A DNA stretch of 27,028 nt from Promethearchaeota archaeon Loki_b31. Its GTDB lineage: Archaea; Asgardarchaeota; Lokiarchaeia; Sigyniarchaeales; SOKP01. Under the pieces are notes generated by a model that searched no databases, was not told the origin of the DNA, and worked only from the letters and a program-made list of their open reading frames with translations. A program made the translations under genes and the position numbers. This document shows positions 1 to 8,582 of the stretch, one piece after another (position 1 is the stretch's first letter; every line of letters starts with the position of its first letter). The DNA lies in assembly GCA_005222975.1 (NCBI GenBank), contig NJBI01000048.1, positions 1 through 27,028 of the forward strand, written 5' to 3'.

Positions 1-1573
1 TTTAGGAGGTTGTTTCCGGATTCAAAAGGCTCCTTGAACTTTTTATTGTGAAATTCCATGTTTGAATGCTGTGCCTTTGAGAGCCCTGGATTCTGTTTAA
101 AAAATTCTACGAAGCGTAGGATATCATCTTCGTGCTTTTTAATCGTACGGATTGCCGCATTCAATTTCTTGGAATGTGTGTGGTCTTCCTTGAGGTCTTT
201 AATTTGATGACCGTTAATCTCACCGGGAGGGAGCCTGCTTATCTCTCCAACCAATAGCGTCATTTCTCGATACTTTTTTAATTCAGAGTGACATGTCAAA
301 AGCGAAGCGAGTTTTTCCTTACGCTTGAGAGTTACATTTTCCGGTTGAAAAAAGATCACGTGAGAATCGTAGTAGAATTTAATGCTCTCGTCATCAATTG
401 GCTTGCGAAGTTCGAGAAAAAAGGTTTTTAACTTTTTTAAAAGCTCCTTTTTTACTCGGAGCATGCCCTTCTCAGTGAAGCGTTTTTTAGGCATGACCTT
501 AAGCATTGCATCGGAAAAATTGAATTCCGGGTCGCCAGAACCCTCTAGCTCCTTTATAACTTCTTGCAATTCCTGAAAGAACTGGTCTGGAGCGGTTACT
601 TTTAAAAGGTCCATTACTCTAAAGGTAAGTTTAGCACACTTCGAGCTCGAATCGTGGTCAGATTTAACTTTGGGCGGGTTACCTATAACTTTCAATAGTA
701 ATGAGAAATCAAGCCCGTCTTTGATAAGCTTTTGGATGGAATTGACCCAATTTCTTAATGAACGCAATTCTCGTCTTTCCGCATCGAACCGCTTCTCACG
801 ATATTTCTGAAGATCAGCTTTAATCCCATTGTTTAATAGCTGCATGACGTGAAAGAGGTCAATTTGGATGACCTCTTTTCCATACACCTGCGATATTGCT
901 CCAAGAAGAATCGGAGAGAAGTCGCAAGTTATTAGCCCAGGAGAAACGCCTAATTCTTTTAAATAGGTTAAAATCCGAACGGCATGTTCTAAGATCTCAT
1001 CTCTGACAATGTGAGTAAGTAAGTCCCGTTTTTTTGCTTGGTCAGCGATAATGAGACCACAGGCTTTTTTTTCCCAATTACATCTCTTCCGGTGGAAGTA
1101 TATGTGCCATCAATCGTGACTGTCTTAATTGATTCGGGATGTTCTAAGGTCTTTTCTCGATTTACTGATTTTAAATAATCTGTTGAATAGCGTTTTATCC
1201 AAGAATTTACCGTATCGACAGGTACCTCCACCTCGTGCGAATTTTTGAGCACGTGAGCGATCTTTTTTCCTGAGATGTTGTCTCTAAAATAACGCTCTAA
1301 TGCATAATGGATAATTGAGGGAGCATATTCTAATTTGGAGGGATAATCAAGGTGTTTTGGAGAGAACGAATGACCACAGGTTTCACATTCAAAGTAATTT
1401 ATTTTTATGCGGAGAAAACGTTTCTCCCGAGGCGCTCCAAGGTCAGGAAGCAATCGCTTATAACTCGAGCGTATCTTTAATACTAAAGAACGACATTCCG
1501 GGCATGCTCCGTCAAAATACTCTTCCACAGGAATGTCATGATAAGATGTTTTAACAACCGTCTTAAAGTTCAT
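1..1573 (-). CDS. ISL3-like DDE transposase, orfA+orfB joined by a -1 frameshift near 1064-1072; 3'-partial, about 524 aa inside the window
   Basis: Frame 0 (1573-989) has a Zn finger CPEC..CETC, an HTH-like segment and the first catalytic Asp (TVTIDGT). My translation of the -1 frame is open from 1109 to base 1: KKACGLIIADQ...LITCDFSP...IQIDLFHVMQ...QPENVT...AIRTIKKHEDDILRF...SNMEFHNKKFK, giving the second Asp, the DxFH motif and the catalytic Glu of ISL3 enzymes. Confidence 0.85.
1040..1072 (-). promoter_or_regulatory. Putative programmed -1 frameshift signal (A_AAA_AAG plus a small downstream stem TGGTC...GACCA)
   Basis: Minus strand reads GGG AAA AAA AAG CCTG TGGTC TCATTATCGCT GACCA; it lies in the 1109-989 overlap of the two open frames. 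Confidence 0.65.
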
Positions 1574-1580
1574 ATTTAAG

Positions 1581-1629
1581 AGGGTGTGTTATCGTGATAA
1601 TATTAGGGTGTGATATGCTCGTGATATCT
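1581..1629. repeat. Imperfect tandem repeat upstream of the transposase
   Basis: AGGGTGTG at 1581 and 1605; TCGTGATA at 1592 and 1619; dyad TTATC-GT-GATAA at 1589-1600. Confidence 0.55.
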
Positions 1630-1809
1630 TTCATGAGAAAAATTTTTATTTTTTCACATCTACAAAAAACTTAACATTTAATCCAAAAAAGCCATAAAAT
1701 AAAAACAATTATTTCTATAGTCTATTTATTATAACTATTTCATTTTTTAATTTAATAATTAAATTAATTTAATAATAAAATTTCATTAAAAGTCGCGGGA
1801 GAAATCTTA

Positions 1810-4689
1810 ATGGAAGAAGTTTATTATAATATGGGTTTAGAGCAAATCTATAAAAAGTTTCAGACTAATCCGAATAGTGGATTAACGAACGATGAAGCGC
1901 AAAAAAGGTTAGAGCTTTATGGCTTAAACGAAATACCAAAGGCGTCTAAAGGGTTCATCAAAATTTACCTTGCTCCGTTGTTCAACTGGTTAATTGTAAT
2001 TTACTTAATAGGCGCTCTATTTTTATTTTTGTCCTCTTTTTTTGGTGGCAAAGGTAATATGACCTTTATTTTATTAACCCTTGTGATTGTAGGTCTTAAC
2101 TGTATAGTTGCGATTATTCAACAGTATAGAGCTACGAAAAAATTGAACGCTTTAAGAGAAATGACTGCACCAACATCCACAGTTATTAGAGATAGCCAAA
2201 AGAGAGATATCCCAACAAAAGAGGTAGTAGTTGGCGATTTATTAGTATTAAAACAAGGCGATAGGATTCCTGCAGACGGAAGAGTAATTCAATCTTCCAA
2301 TTTAGAGGTTAATGAATCTAGCCTTACTGGCGAATCCGAACCTGTAAGAAAGCTTCAAGAGGGTATAGCTTTAGGAAAAGAAGATATTTCAATTGGAGAT
2401 CGTAAAAATATGACCTATTACGGAACTTTTATCGCGACTGGCAATGCTACAGCAATCGCAGTAAAGACAGGTAAGGACACTGAAATCGGAAAGATCTCGC
2501 AAGGGTTAGAAGAGGCTGGAACGAGCGAAATCCCTATTCGAGAGAAAATGAACAACTTCGGTAAATGGTTGGGAATAATCGTAGTCGGATTTTGGCTTCT
2601 TATAATATTAATTGTATGGGGGGCTACAGGTGAATTAGAATTCGTAAAAAGTTTGAATTCTGCTATGGATCTACTTCCAATTAACATCCCTCTTCTTGTT
2701 ACAATTATTTTACTTACGGGAGTTTTAGCTATGGCTCATCATGGCGTTATTGTTAGAAATTTAGCCTCAGTAGATAGTTTAGGCCGAGTAAGTGTAGTTT
2801 GCAGCGATAAAACTGGCACACTAACAAAAAATCAAATGAGTATTCCATTTATTTGGACAAATGGGGCAACTTATAAGGTTACAGGAAGTGGTTATAGCCC
2901 TGAAGGCGAAATAATATTAGTTGACAATCCAAAAAATCCTATTTATGTGAAACATATAGATGATTTTCCACAGCTTAAATTACTATTAACTTCGGGATTT
3001 TTAAACAATAATTCAGCTTTAGTAAAGAACGAGATTGAGATTTCAGGTAGAATTATTCCAAACTGGACAGTCGTTGGCTCTCCAACAGAGGGGGCCTTAA
3101 TGGTTATATTCCAAAAAGGCATGGGCGATTATTTCCTCGAAGAATTTGAATATACTAAAGAATATCCATTTGATTCGGAAGTAAAACGGATGACCAAAGT
3201 TTACAAGAAAGAAGATAAATTTTACTCCTTTACTAAAGGAGCAAGCGAAATCTTAATTCCATTATGCAATAAAGTGTTGTATAAAAGCCAAGAATTAGAT
3301 TTCGTTGATGAAATTAAAAATAAAGTAATGAAAATAGCAAATACCTATGCTGAAAGAGGATTTAGGATTTTAAGTTTATGTTATAAAAAATTAGATGTAT
3401 TTCCCCCAGAAGACGATAAAAGTAGGGAATTGTGCGAATCAGATATGATCTATATCGGTTTTGTAACGATTTTAGATCCCCCTAGAGACGGTGTAAAAGA
3501 AAGCGTCGAAGAATGTCATGCTGCTGGAGTCGATGTGGTAATGATCACCGGAGACTCACCTGCTACTGCAAAGGCAATTGCTAAGCAAATTTCTATCATT
3601 CAAAATGATGACGATATTGTAGTAGAGGGTAAAGATATAAAAAAAATTCGTTCATTTTTCGATTTTAGTAAAATTAAAGTATTTGCTAGGGTATCCCCTA
3701 AACACAAACAAGTGATTATAGAAAGATATCAAAATGCTAATAAAGTTGTCGCTATGACGGGAGATGGCGTAAATGATGCATTAGCTCTAAATATGGCAGA
3801 TGCAGGCGTAGCTATGGGTATACAAGGAACTGACGTTGCCAAAGAAGCGAGCGACATGGTAATAAGCGACGATTCTTTTACCTCAATCGTAACAGGAATA
3901 GAAGAAGGTCGGGGTATTTTTGCTCGTATTAGGGCAGTTGTTTTCTTTTACATAGCAATTAATGTATTCGAGGGCATCGTCCAATTTATTTTATCCATAA
4001 TATTAGGCTTCCCATATTTTTTAGACACTATTTTTTATTATCAATGGATCTTTCTTGCCATTACAGTACATATGTTTCCAGGTCTTATACTAACTTTCGA
4101 TACGACATCTAAAGATGTGATGAAGCAAAAACCTCACAACGAAGAAGAAATTCTTTCTAAACACACGATGATTTTATTGTTTGCTTTCGGAGCTTTTTTG
4201 GCGCTAAGCATGGTAGTAGTTTACTTTACAACCATTACTGGACTTTATCCAGTTTTTCCAGAGAATACAAATTTTGGCGATTGGGACTGGGCTTATCTTT
4301 TTTCACCTGAAACACTTCTTGATCCTTTATTAAACCCTGGCGTTTTTTTGAACGAAGTAAAAACGCTAACGATGTTAATGGTGACGATCTTCTTCTGCGA
4401 GTCATTTTTAGTGTTTCAAATAAGAAGACCGAATAAATCTTTGATAAAAAGCATAAAAGAAGATAGCACTAAATTCATGTACATATTAATTGGATTGTTA
4501 TTCGGTTTATTCCTCGTGCTAATGTATGTTCCTGGAGTTCAAATTGCCCTTGCCTCGGTGGGTTTAAACTTTATGTTTATGTATCTTACTTGGTTGGATT
4601 GGTTAGTATGCTTTTCAATTTCGCTAATCTGCATAGTATCTTTTGAATTAGTTAAATATTTCGCTCGAAAGAAGGGCATCTATTTCTAA
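1810..4689 (+). CDS. P-type ATPase, P2A/SERCA-like scaffold with a non-canonical membrane transport site
   Basis: LTGES, DKTGTLT (D333), KGASE, DPPR, MITGD, FARVSP and TGDGVND motifs, about 10 TM segments; TM4 reads LLPINIPLLVT. Confidence 0.95.
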   Translation: MEEVYYNMGLEQIYKKFQTNPNSGLTNDEAQKRLELYGLNEIPKASKGFIKIYLAPLFNWLIVIYLIGALFLFLSSFFGGKGNMTFILLTLVIVGLNCIVAIIQQYRATKKLNALREMTAPTSTVIRDSQKRDIPTKEVVVGDLLVLKQGDRIPADGRVIQSSNLEVNESSLTGESEPVRKLQEGIALGKEDISIGDRKNMTYYGTFIATGNATAIAVKTGKDTEIGKISQGLEEAGTSEIPIREKMNNFGKWLGIIVVGFWLLIILIVWGATGELEFVKSLNSAMDLLPINIPLLVTIILLTGVLAMAHHGVIVRNLASVDSLGRVSVVCSDKTGTLTKNQMSIPFIWTNGATYKVTGSGYSPEGEIILVDNPKNPIYVKHIDDFPQLKLLLTSGFLNNNSALVKNEIEISGRIIPNWTVVGSPTEGALMVIFQKGMGDYFLEEFEYTKEYPFDSEVKRMTKVYKKEDKFYSFTKGASEILIPLCNKVLYKSQELDFVDEIKNKVMKIANTYAERGFRILSLCYKKLDVFPPEDDKSRELCESDMIYIGFVTILDPPRDGVKESVEECHAAGVDVVMITGDSPATAKAIAKQISIIQNDDDIVVEGKDIKKIRSFFDFSKIKVFARVSPKHKQVIIERYQNANKVVAMTGDGVNDALALNMADAGVAMGIQGTDVAKEASDMVISDDSFTSIVTGIEEGRGIFARIRAVVFFYIAINVFEGIVQFILSIILGFPYFLDTIFYYQWIFLAITVHMFPGLILTFDTTSKDVMKQKPHNEEEILSKHTMILLFAFGAFLALSMVVVYFTTITGLYPVFPENTNFGDWDWAYLFSPETLLDPLLNPGVFLNEVKTLTMLMVTIFFCESFLVFQIRRPNKSLIKSIKEDSTKFMYILIGLLFGLFLVLMYVPGVQIALASVGLNFMFMYLTWLDWLVCFSISLICIVSFELVKYFARKKGIYF

Positions 4690-4761
4690 TATCTTATTTT
4701 ATTTTTGACAAAACTGCTTTTTTTCGTTAATTTTTTAAAATTTGTAGAAATCTTAGTATTT

Positions 4762-5307
4762 ATGATTAAAGGAAAGCGAATTAAGTTTGCCCCTATTGAA
4801 AGGAAACATATTGATAATTTTCTAAAGTGGTTTAACGATCCGGAAATTACGCAGTACGTTACGATGTATAAACCAATGACGAGAGACATGGAAGAAGAAT
4901 GGTTCGATTCGCTTAAACACAAAGAAAATGCCATATATTTCTCAATTCTTTTATTGGATCAAGAGGAACCTGAAAAAATCGTTGGAAATTGCGCGATTCA
5001 AGACATAAACTCCAAAAATCGAGCGTGTTCGTGTGGTATTACTATCGGAGAAAAGGAATATCAAAACAAAGGTTTGGGAACAGAAGCGATGGAAATGCTC
5101 GTAGAGTATGGTTTCAACACATTAAATATGAATAGAATCGAATTAAGTGTTTACGAATTTAATATTCGCGCTTACAAATCATATCAAAAAGTAGGATTTG
5201 TCGAGGAGGGAAGAAAACGACAAGCAAGGTATCATAATGGCAAGTATTACGACGAAATAATAATGGCAATCCTAAGAGAAGATTGGGAAAGTAAAAAGAC
5301 AAATTAA
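4762..5307 (+). CDS. GNAT N-acetyltransferase, RimJ/RimL/SpeG-like
   Basis: YQNKGLGTEAM acetyl-CoA motif, FNTLNMNRIEL.V...N.RA...Y.KVGF..EG. ATG 4762 is preferred over TTG 4705 because TTTTTTAAAA lies at 4731-4740. Confidence 0.9.
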   Translation: MIKGKRIKFAPIERKHIDNFLKWFNDPEITQYVTMYKPMTRDMEEEWFDSLKHKENAIYFSILLLDQEEPEKIVGNCAIQDINSKNRACSCGITIGEKEYQNKGLGTEAMEMLVEYGFNTLNMNRIELSVYEFNIRAYKSYQKVGFVEEGRKRQARYHNGKYYDEIIMAILREDWESKKTN

Positions 5308-5316
5308 AGAATGAAG

Positions 5317-6363
5317 TTATTTCTCTAATTCTTTAAAGTAGGGGATAATTTTATCCCGAAATATTTCATAGACTTTATTTGTATCGGGTCCTCTGTTCAT
5401 TAGACTCATATGCGTAGCTCCGGCTTGTTTATATTTTTCTATACTAGATATAACATCATCAACTGTACCTAAACAATTGGTGTCTTGCAGAATTGTTTCG
5501 GGTAATCGATCTAAATTATTTAAATACTCTAATGATTTGAGATTGCTCATCTCAAAATCATGAACATTAATATCTTCTGGTAAATTTAGACCTGGATATG
5601 CTTCATTTGTAATAAACGAATTTAAGAGATAAGTAGACTTAAAGAATTCACATCGTTTTAATGCATTATCTGGATCTTCATTATCAATTGCTACAAAACA
5701 ATCATATACATAATCAATTTCAGAGGGACTTCGACCCACTGCTTTTGCTGCATTAAAAACTTCTTTTTTCTTCTCTTTATAGAGCCATGGCGGCTGATAA
5801 AGTGGGTACCATCCATCTGCTAATTCTCCAGTTAATTGTCGCGTTTTGGGGCCATTAGCAGCAATATAAATTGGTGGATTCTTTTGAACTGGTTTTATTT
5901 GAATATAAGCTTTCTTTATTTCTCCCCAGAATTCACTCTTTCTATTGACTCTTCTTTTAGTCCAGAATTCCCTCAATAGGATAATATATTCTCGTAATTT
6001 TGAGACAGATTTATTTCTGTTTAAGCCATACATATCAATATTCATTGCTTCACCTGCTCCAAGCCCAATCATACCTCTGCCATTAGATATTTGGTCTAAT
6101 GTAGCTACTTTATGTGCCATTAATGCTGGATGGAACCGATGACAATCAGAGACGCCTGTACATAATTTTATTTTTTTTGTTATCATTGCTAAGGATGTTA
6201 AAAAACAATAAGCATCATAGCATGTGCCTGGACCTGGAGGTAACATTACCGTATGATCTGCATAAAAAACACCAAAAAAGCCACACTCCTCGGCCTTTTT
6301 TGTCCCTTCGAACATATATTCAAGACGAGGTGTTGGTACGGGGATATGAAAACTAAACTTCAT
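5317..6363 (-). CDS. LLM-class (luciferase-like, likely F420-dependent) oxidoreductase
   Basis: GFFGVFYADH, RFHPALMAHKVATLDQISNGRGMIGLGAGE, PPIYIAANGP, GELADGW. ATG 6363 follows GAGGAG; alternative start TTG 6375. Confidence 0.9.
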   Translation of the reverse strand: MKFSFHIPVPTPRLEYMFEGTKKAEECGFFGVFYADHTVMLPPGPGTCYDAYCFLTSLAMITKKIKLCTGVSDCHRFHPALMAHKVATLDQISNGRGMIGLGAGEAMNIDMYGLNRNKSVSKLREYIILLREFWTKRRVNRKSEFWGEIKKAYIQIKPVQKNPPIYIAANGPKTRQLTGELADGWYPLYQPPWLYKEKKKEVFNAAKAVGRSPSEIDYVYDCFVAIDNEDPDNALKRCEFFKSTYLLNSFITNEAYPGLNLPEDINVHDFEMSNLKSLEYLNNLDRLPETILQDTNCLGTVDDVISSIEKYKQAGATHMSLMNRGPDTNKVYEIFRDKIIPYFKELEK

Positions 6364-6522
6364 TAATCTAATCAAACTCCTCTATTATTGTTTAAGATTT
6401 TAAAAAACTTTTTCGCAATTAATATTTTAATTCAATACTTTTAATAAATTTAAAAATTCAAGAGATTTATAAAATCTTTAGAATTTCTTTATTATATCAA
6501 GAAAATATATGGAAGTGATAAA

Positions 6523-7644
6523 ATGGATATGGATATAAAAATCGGGACAGAGGGGACATTTATCCCTCCTTTTGATAGGGGTATTGAAACCATAAAGAGA
6601 ATCGAGAATAGTGGCTATGATTCAGTGTGGTTTGCAGACCATTTAATGGGGTGGATTCCAGAATCAATATGGACTCCAGACCTTATTAAAATGTCAACAA
6701 TTCAGAAAAGTCCACATGATTTTTACGATGTTTTTTCTGTAATGTCAGTGGCAGCTTGGAACACTAAAAATGTTAATTTGGGTACGAGTGTTACAGAAAC
6801 TTTTAGGAGACATCCAGCTGTTCTAGCCCAAATTTTTATAACATTAGATCATATATCAAAAGGGCGATCAATTCTCGGCATTGGTGCGGGTGAAGGAGAA
6901 AATGTTATTCCATATGGTATAAAATGGGAGAAACCTGTTAGCAGATTGGAAGAAGCAATAAGAATAATAAAACTCCTTTGGGAAAATGAAGGAAAAGTTA
7001 GTTATGATGGGAAATTTTGGAAATTAAAAAATGCTGTCCTTTCTGTAAAACCTTATGAAGAAGGAAAATATCCTCCTATATGGATTGCTGCACACGGACC
7101 TAAGATGTGTGAATTGACGGGGAGATTAGGCGATGGTTGGTTACCCACAAATTTTGATCCTAAAACATATAAAGAAAAGCTTGATATTATTCAGAATTCT
7201 GCCAAAAAAGTTGGACGTAATCCAGAAGACATTACACCTGGGTTATGGTGTAATATAATTATTGATGAGGATCATAGTGAATGTGATAAATTGTTAGAAT
7301 CAGCTTATGTGAAAAATTATTGCTTAATTCAATCGAATGAATATTTTGAAAAATTTGGTATTTCACACCCATTTGGTAAAGATTTTTACGGCCTTCTTGA
7401 TTATATCCCAACAAACTACGACCGAGAAACTATGCTTGAAGCTTTGAGTAAGATACCAACAGAATTGTGCAATGAATCCATTTTACATGGCACACCAGAT
7501 GAAATTATATCTAAAATTGAAGACTATGCTAAGGTTGGTTTAAAACATATCGTTCTTTATAATATAACTTATAATTGCGATATTACTAAAATAAAAAGTT
7601 CATTTGGATGTATAAAGAAAATATTACAATATTTCAAGGGCTAA
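6523..7644 (+). CDS. LLM-class (likely F420-dependent) oxidoreductase, resembling phthiodiolone-ketoreductase-like proteins
   Basis: GYDSVWFADHLMGW, RRHPAVLAQ..TLDHISKGRSILGIGAGE, PPIWIAAHGP, GRLGDGWLP. Confidence 0.9.
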   Translation: MDMDIKIGTEGTFIPPFDRGIETIKRIENSGYDSVWFADHLMGWIPESIWTPDLIKMSTIQKSPHDFYDVFSVMSVAAWNTKNVNLGTSVTETFRRHPAVLAQIFITLDHISKGRSILGIGAGEGENVIPYGIKWEKPVSRLEEAIRIIKLLWENEGKVSYDGKFWKLKNAVLSVKPYEEGKYPPIWIAAHGPKMCELTGRLGDGWLPTNFDPKTYKEKLDIIQNSAKKVGRNPEDITPGLWCNIIIDEDHSECDKLLESAYVKNYCLIQSNEYFEKFGISHPFGKDFYGLLDYIPTNYDRETMLEALSKIPTELCNESILHGTPDEIISKIEDYAKVGLKHIVLYNITYNCDITKIKSSFGCIKKILQYFKG

Positions 7645-7681
7645 ACTTTAGGAAATATTTACATAAAACTAATTTTTTTTA

Positions 7682-8455
7682 CTATTCTTTAAATCCTTGA
7701 CAGAAAGAATTCACATTTTTAGGTAATACATCGTGATTATAGCCGCCCTCTAATAAAGCATATCTCCGCCCTTCGCATAGCTTTTCAGAATATTCTTTCA
7801 TTAACTTTCCTAACTCAAAATAGTCTTCGGGATATAAAAGATGTCCCCAGTCTTCAATTCCTTGATCGAAACCAGCTGAAGCCACAAAAATATCAATATT
7901 ATCTAATTCTTCCATGTAGTTCTGAACTTCTTTAATATAACCTGTTCTTCCGCTCGAATCAGGATTAAGGATTTTAACTCGAAAGTTATCATCTCTAAAG
8001 GTTAAGATATTGATGTTACCATCACCAGTGTGTAAATCGAAATCAAGCACGAAAGCTGATTTAATTTTACCCTCAGAAAACAATTTTAACAGACTTATAC
8101 TAATGTTATTGAAGTAGCAAAAACCCCAACACGAGTCAGCAGATGCGTGATGTCCTGGAGGTCTGACAACCGCAAAGATTGGATTATGACTATAAGCTTC
8201 TTCGCCAGCTAAGATGGCACCACCAGCAGCAAGCGAAGCAAGTTCGAATAACAATGCATCGAGTTTAACATAGTTGTAATGTCTTTCAGAATGGGCTCTT
8301 AAAATATCATCCTTCGATGCGGGTTTTGGTGTTATAAATTCATATTCTTTATTACTTGACAATAAATCTATTATTCCTTCTAAGCGACCTGGTGAAGCAG
8401 CTGGGTCTAATGCGTAACTTGAATTATAATATCTTTTGTGAAATACAATCTTCAT
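7682..8455 (-). CDS. Compact histone-deacetylase-family Zn-dependent amidohydrolase
   Basis: RPPGHH, GFCYFNN, DFDLHTGDG, SAGFD and LEGGY motifs are all intact. Confidence 0.93.
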   Translation of the reverse strand: MKIVFHKRYYNSSYALDPAASPGRLEGIIDLLSSNKEYEFITPKPASKDDILRAHSERHYNYVKLDALLFELASLAAGGAILAGEEAYSHNPIFAVVRPPGHHASADSCWGFCYFNNISISLLKLFSEGKIKSAFVLDFDLHTGDGNINILTFRDDNFRVKILNPDSSGRTGYIKEVQNYMEELDNIDIFVASAGFDQGIEDWGHLLYPEDYFELGKLMKEYSEKLCEGRRYALLEGGYNHDVLPKNVNSFCQGFKE

Positions 8456-8582
8456 TTTTTTTCAATCTTAATTTTAAAACGAATTATAATTGAGATATAA
8501 TTACATTTATAAAAGCAAGTAATGATATAATATTATTTTAATTATTATCTCAAATTTCAAATGTATAAAGGAAGTTATATAA

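Larger units (their letters stand above)
1..1630 (-). mobile_element. ISL3-like insertion sequence, running off the window edge; upstream boundary approximate
   Basis: Frameshifted ISL3-type DDE transposase at 1573->1, visibly more GC-rich than the flanks, with imperfect tandem repeats at 1581-1629. No terminal inverted repeat could be identified. Confidence 0.75.

Noticed and set aside
1029-1035. Second slippery heptamer A_AAA_AAC as the frameshift site
   Set aside because: The -1 frame segment before it (CGLIIADQ) fits the ISL3 strand after the first Asp better, favouring the 1064-1070 site. Not fully excluded.
382-1554. Plus-strand ORFs 382-576 and 1315-1554
   Set aside because: They are antisense shadows of the transposase.
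1810-4689. Annotating the ATPase as a Ca2+ pump or as a true P4 flippase
   Set aside because: Ca2+ site II ligands are missing, while the P4 DGET motif is absent and no CDC50-like gene is seen.
2418-6356. Short ORFs 2418-2687, 4686-4934, 5945-6142 and 6114-6356
   Set aside because: They overlap well-supported genes on the opposite strand and have no motifs.
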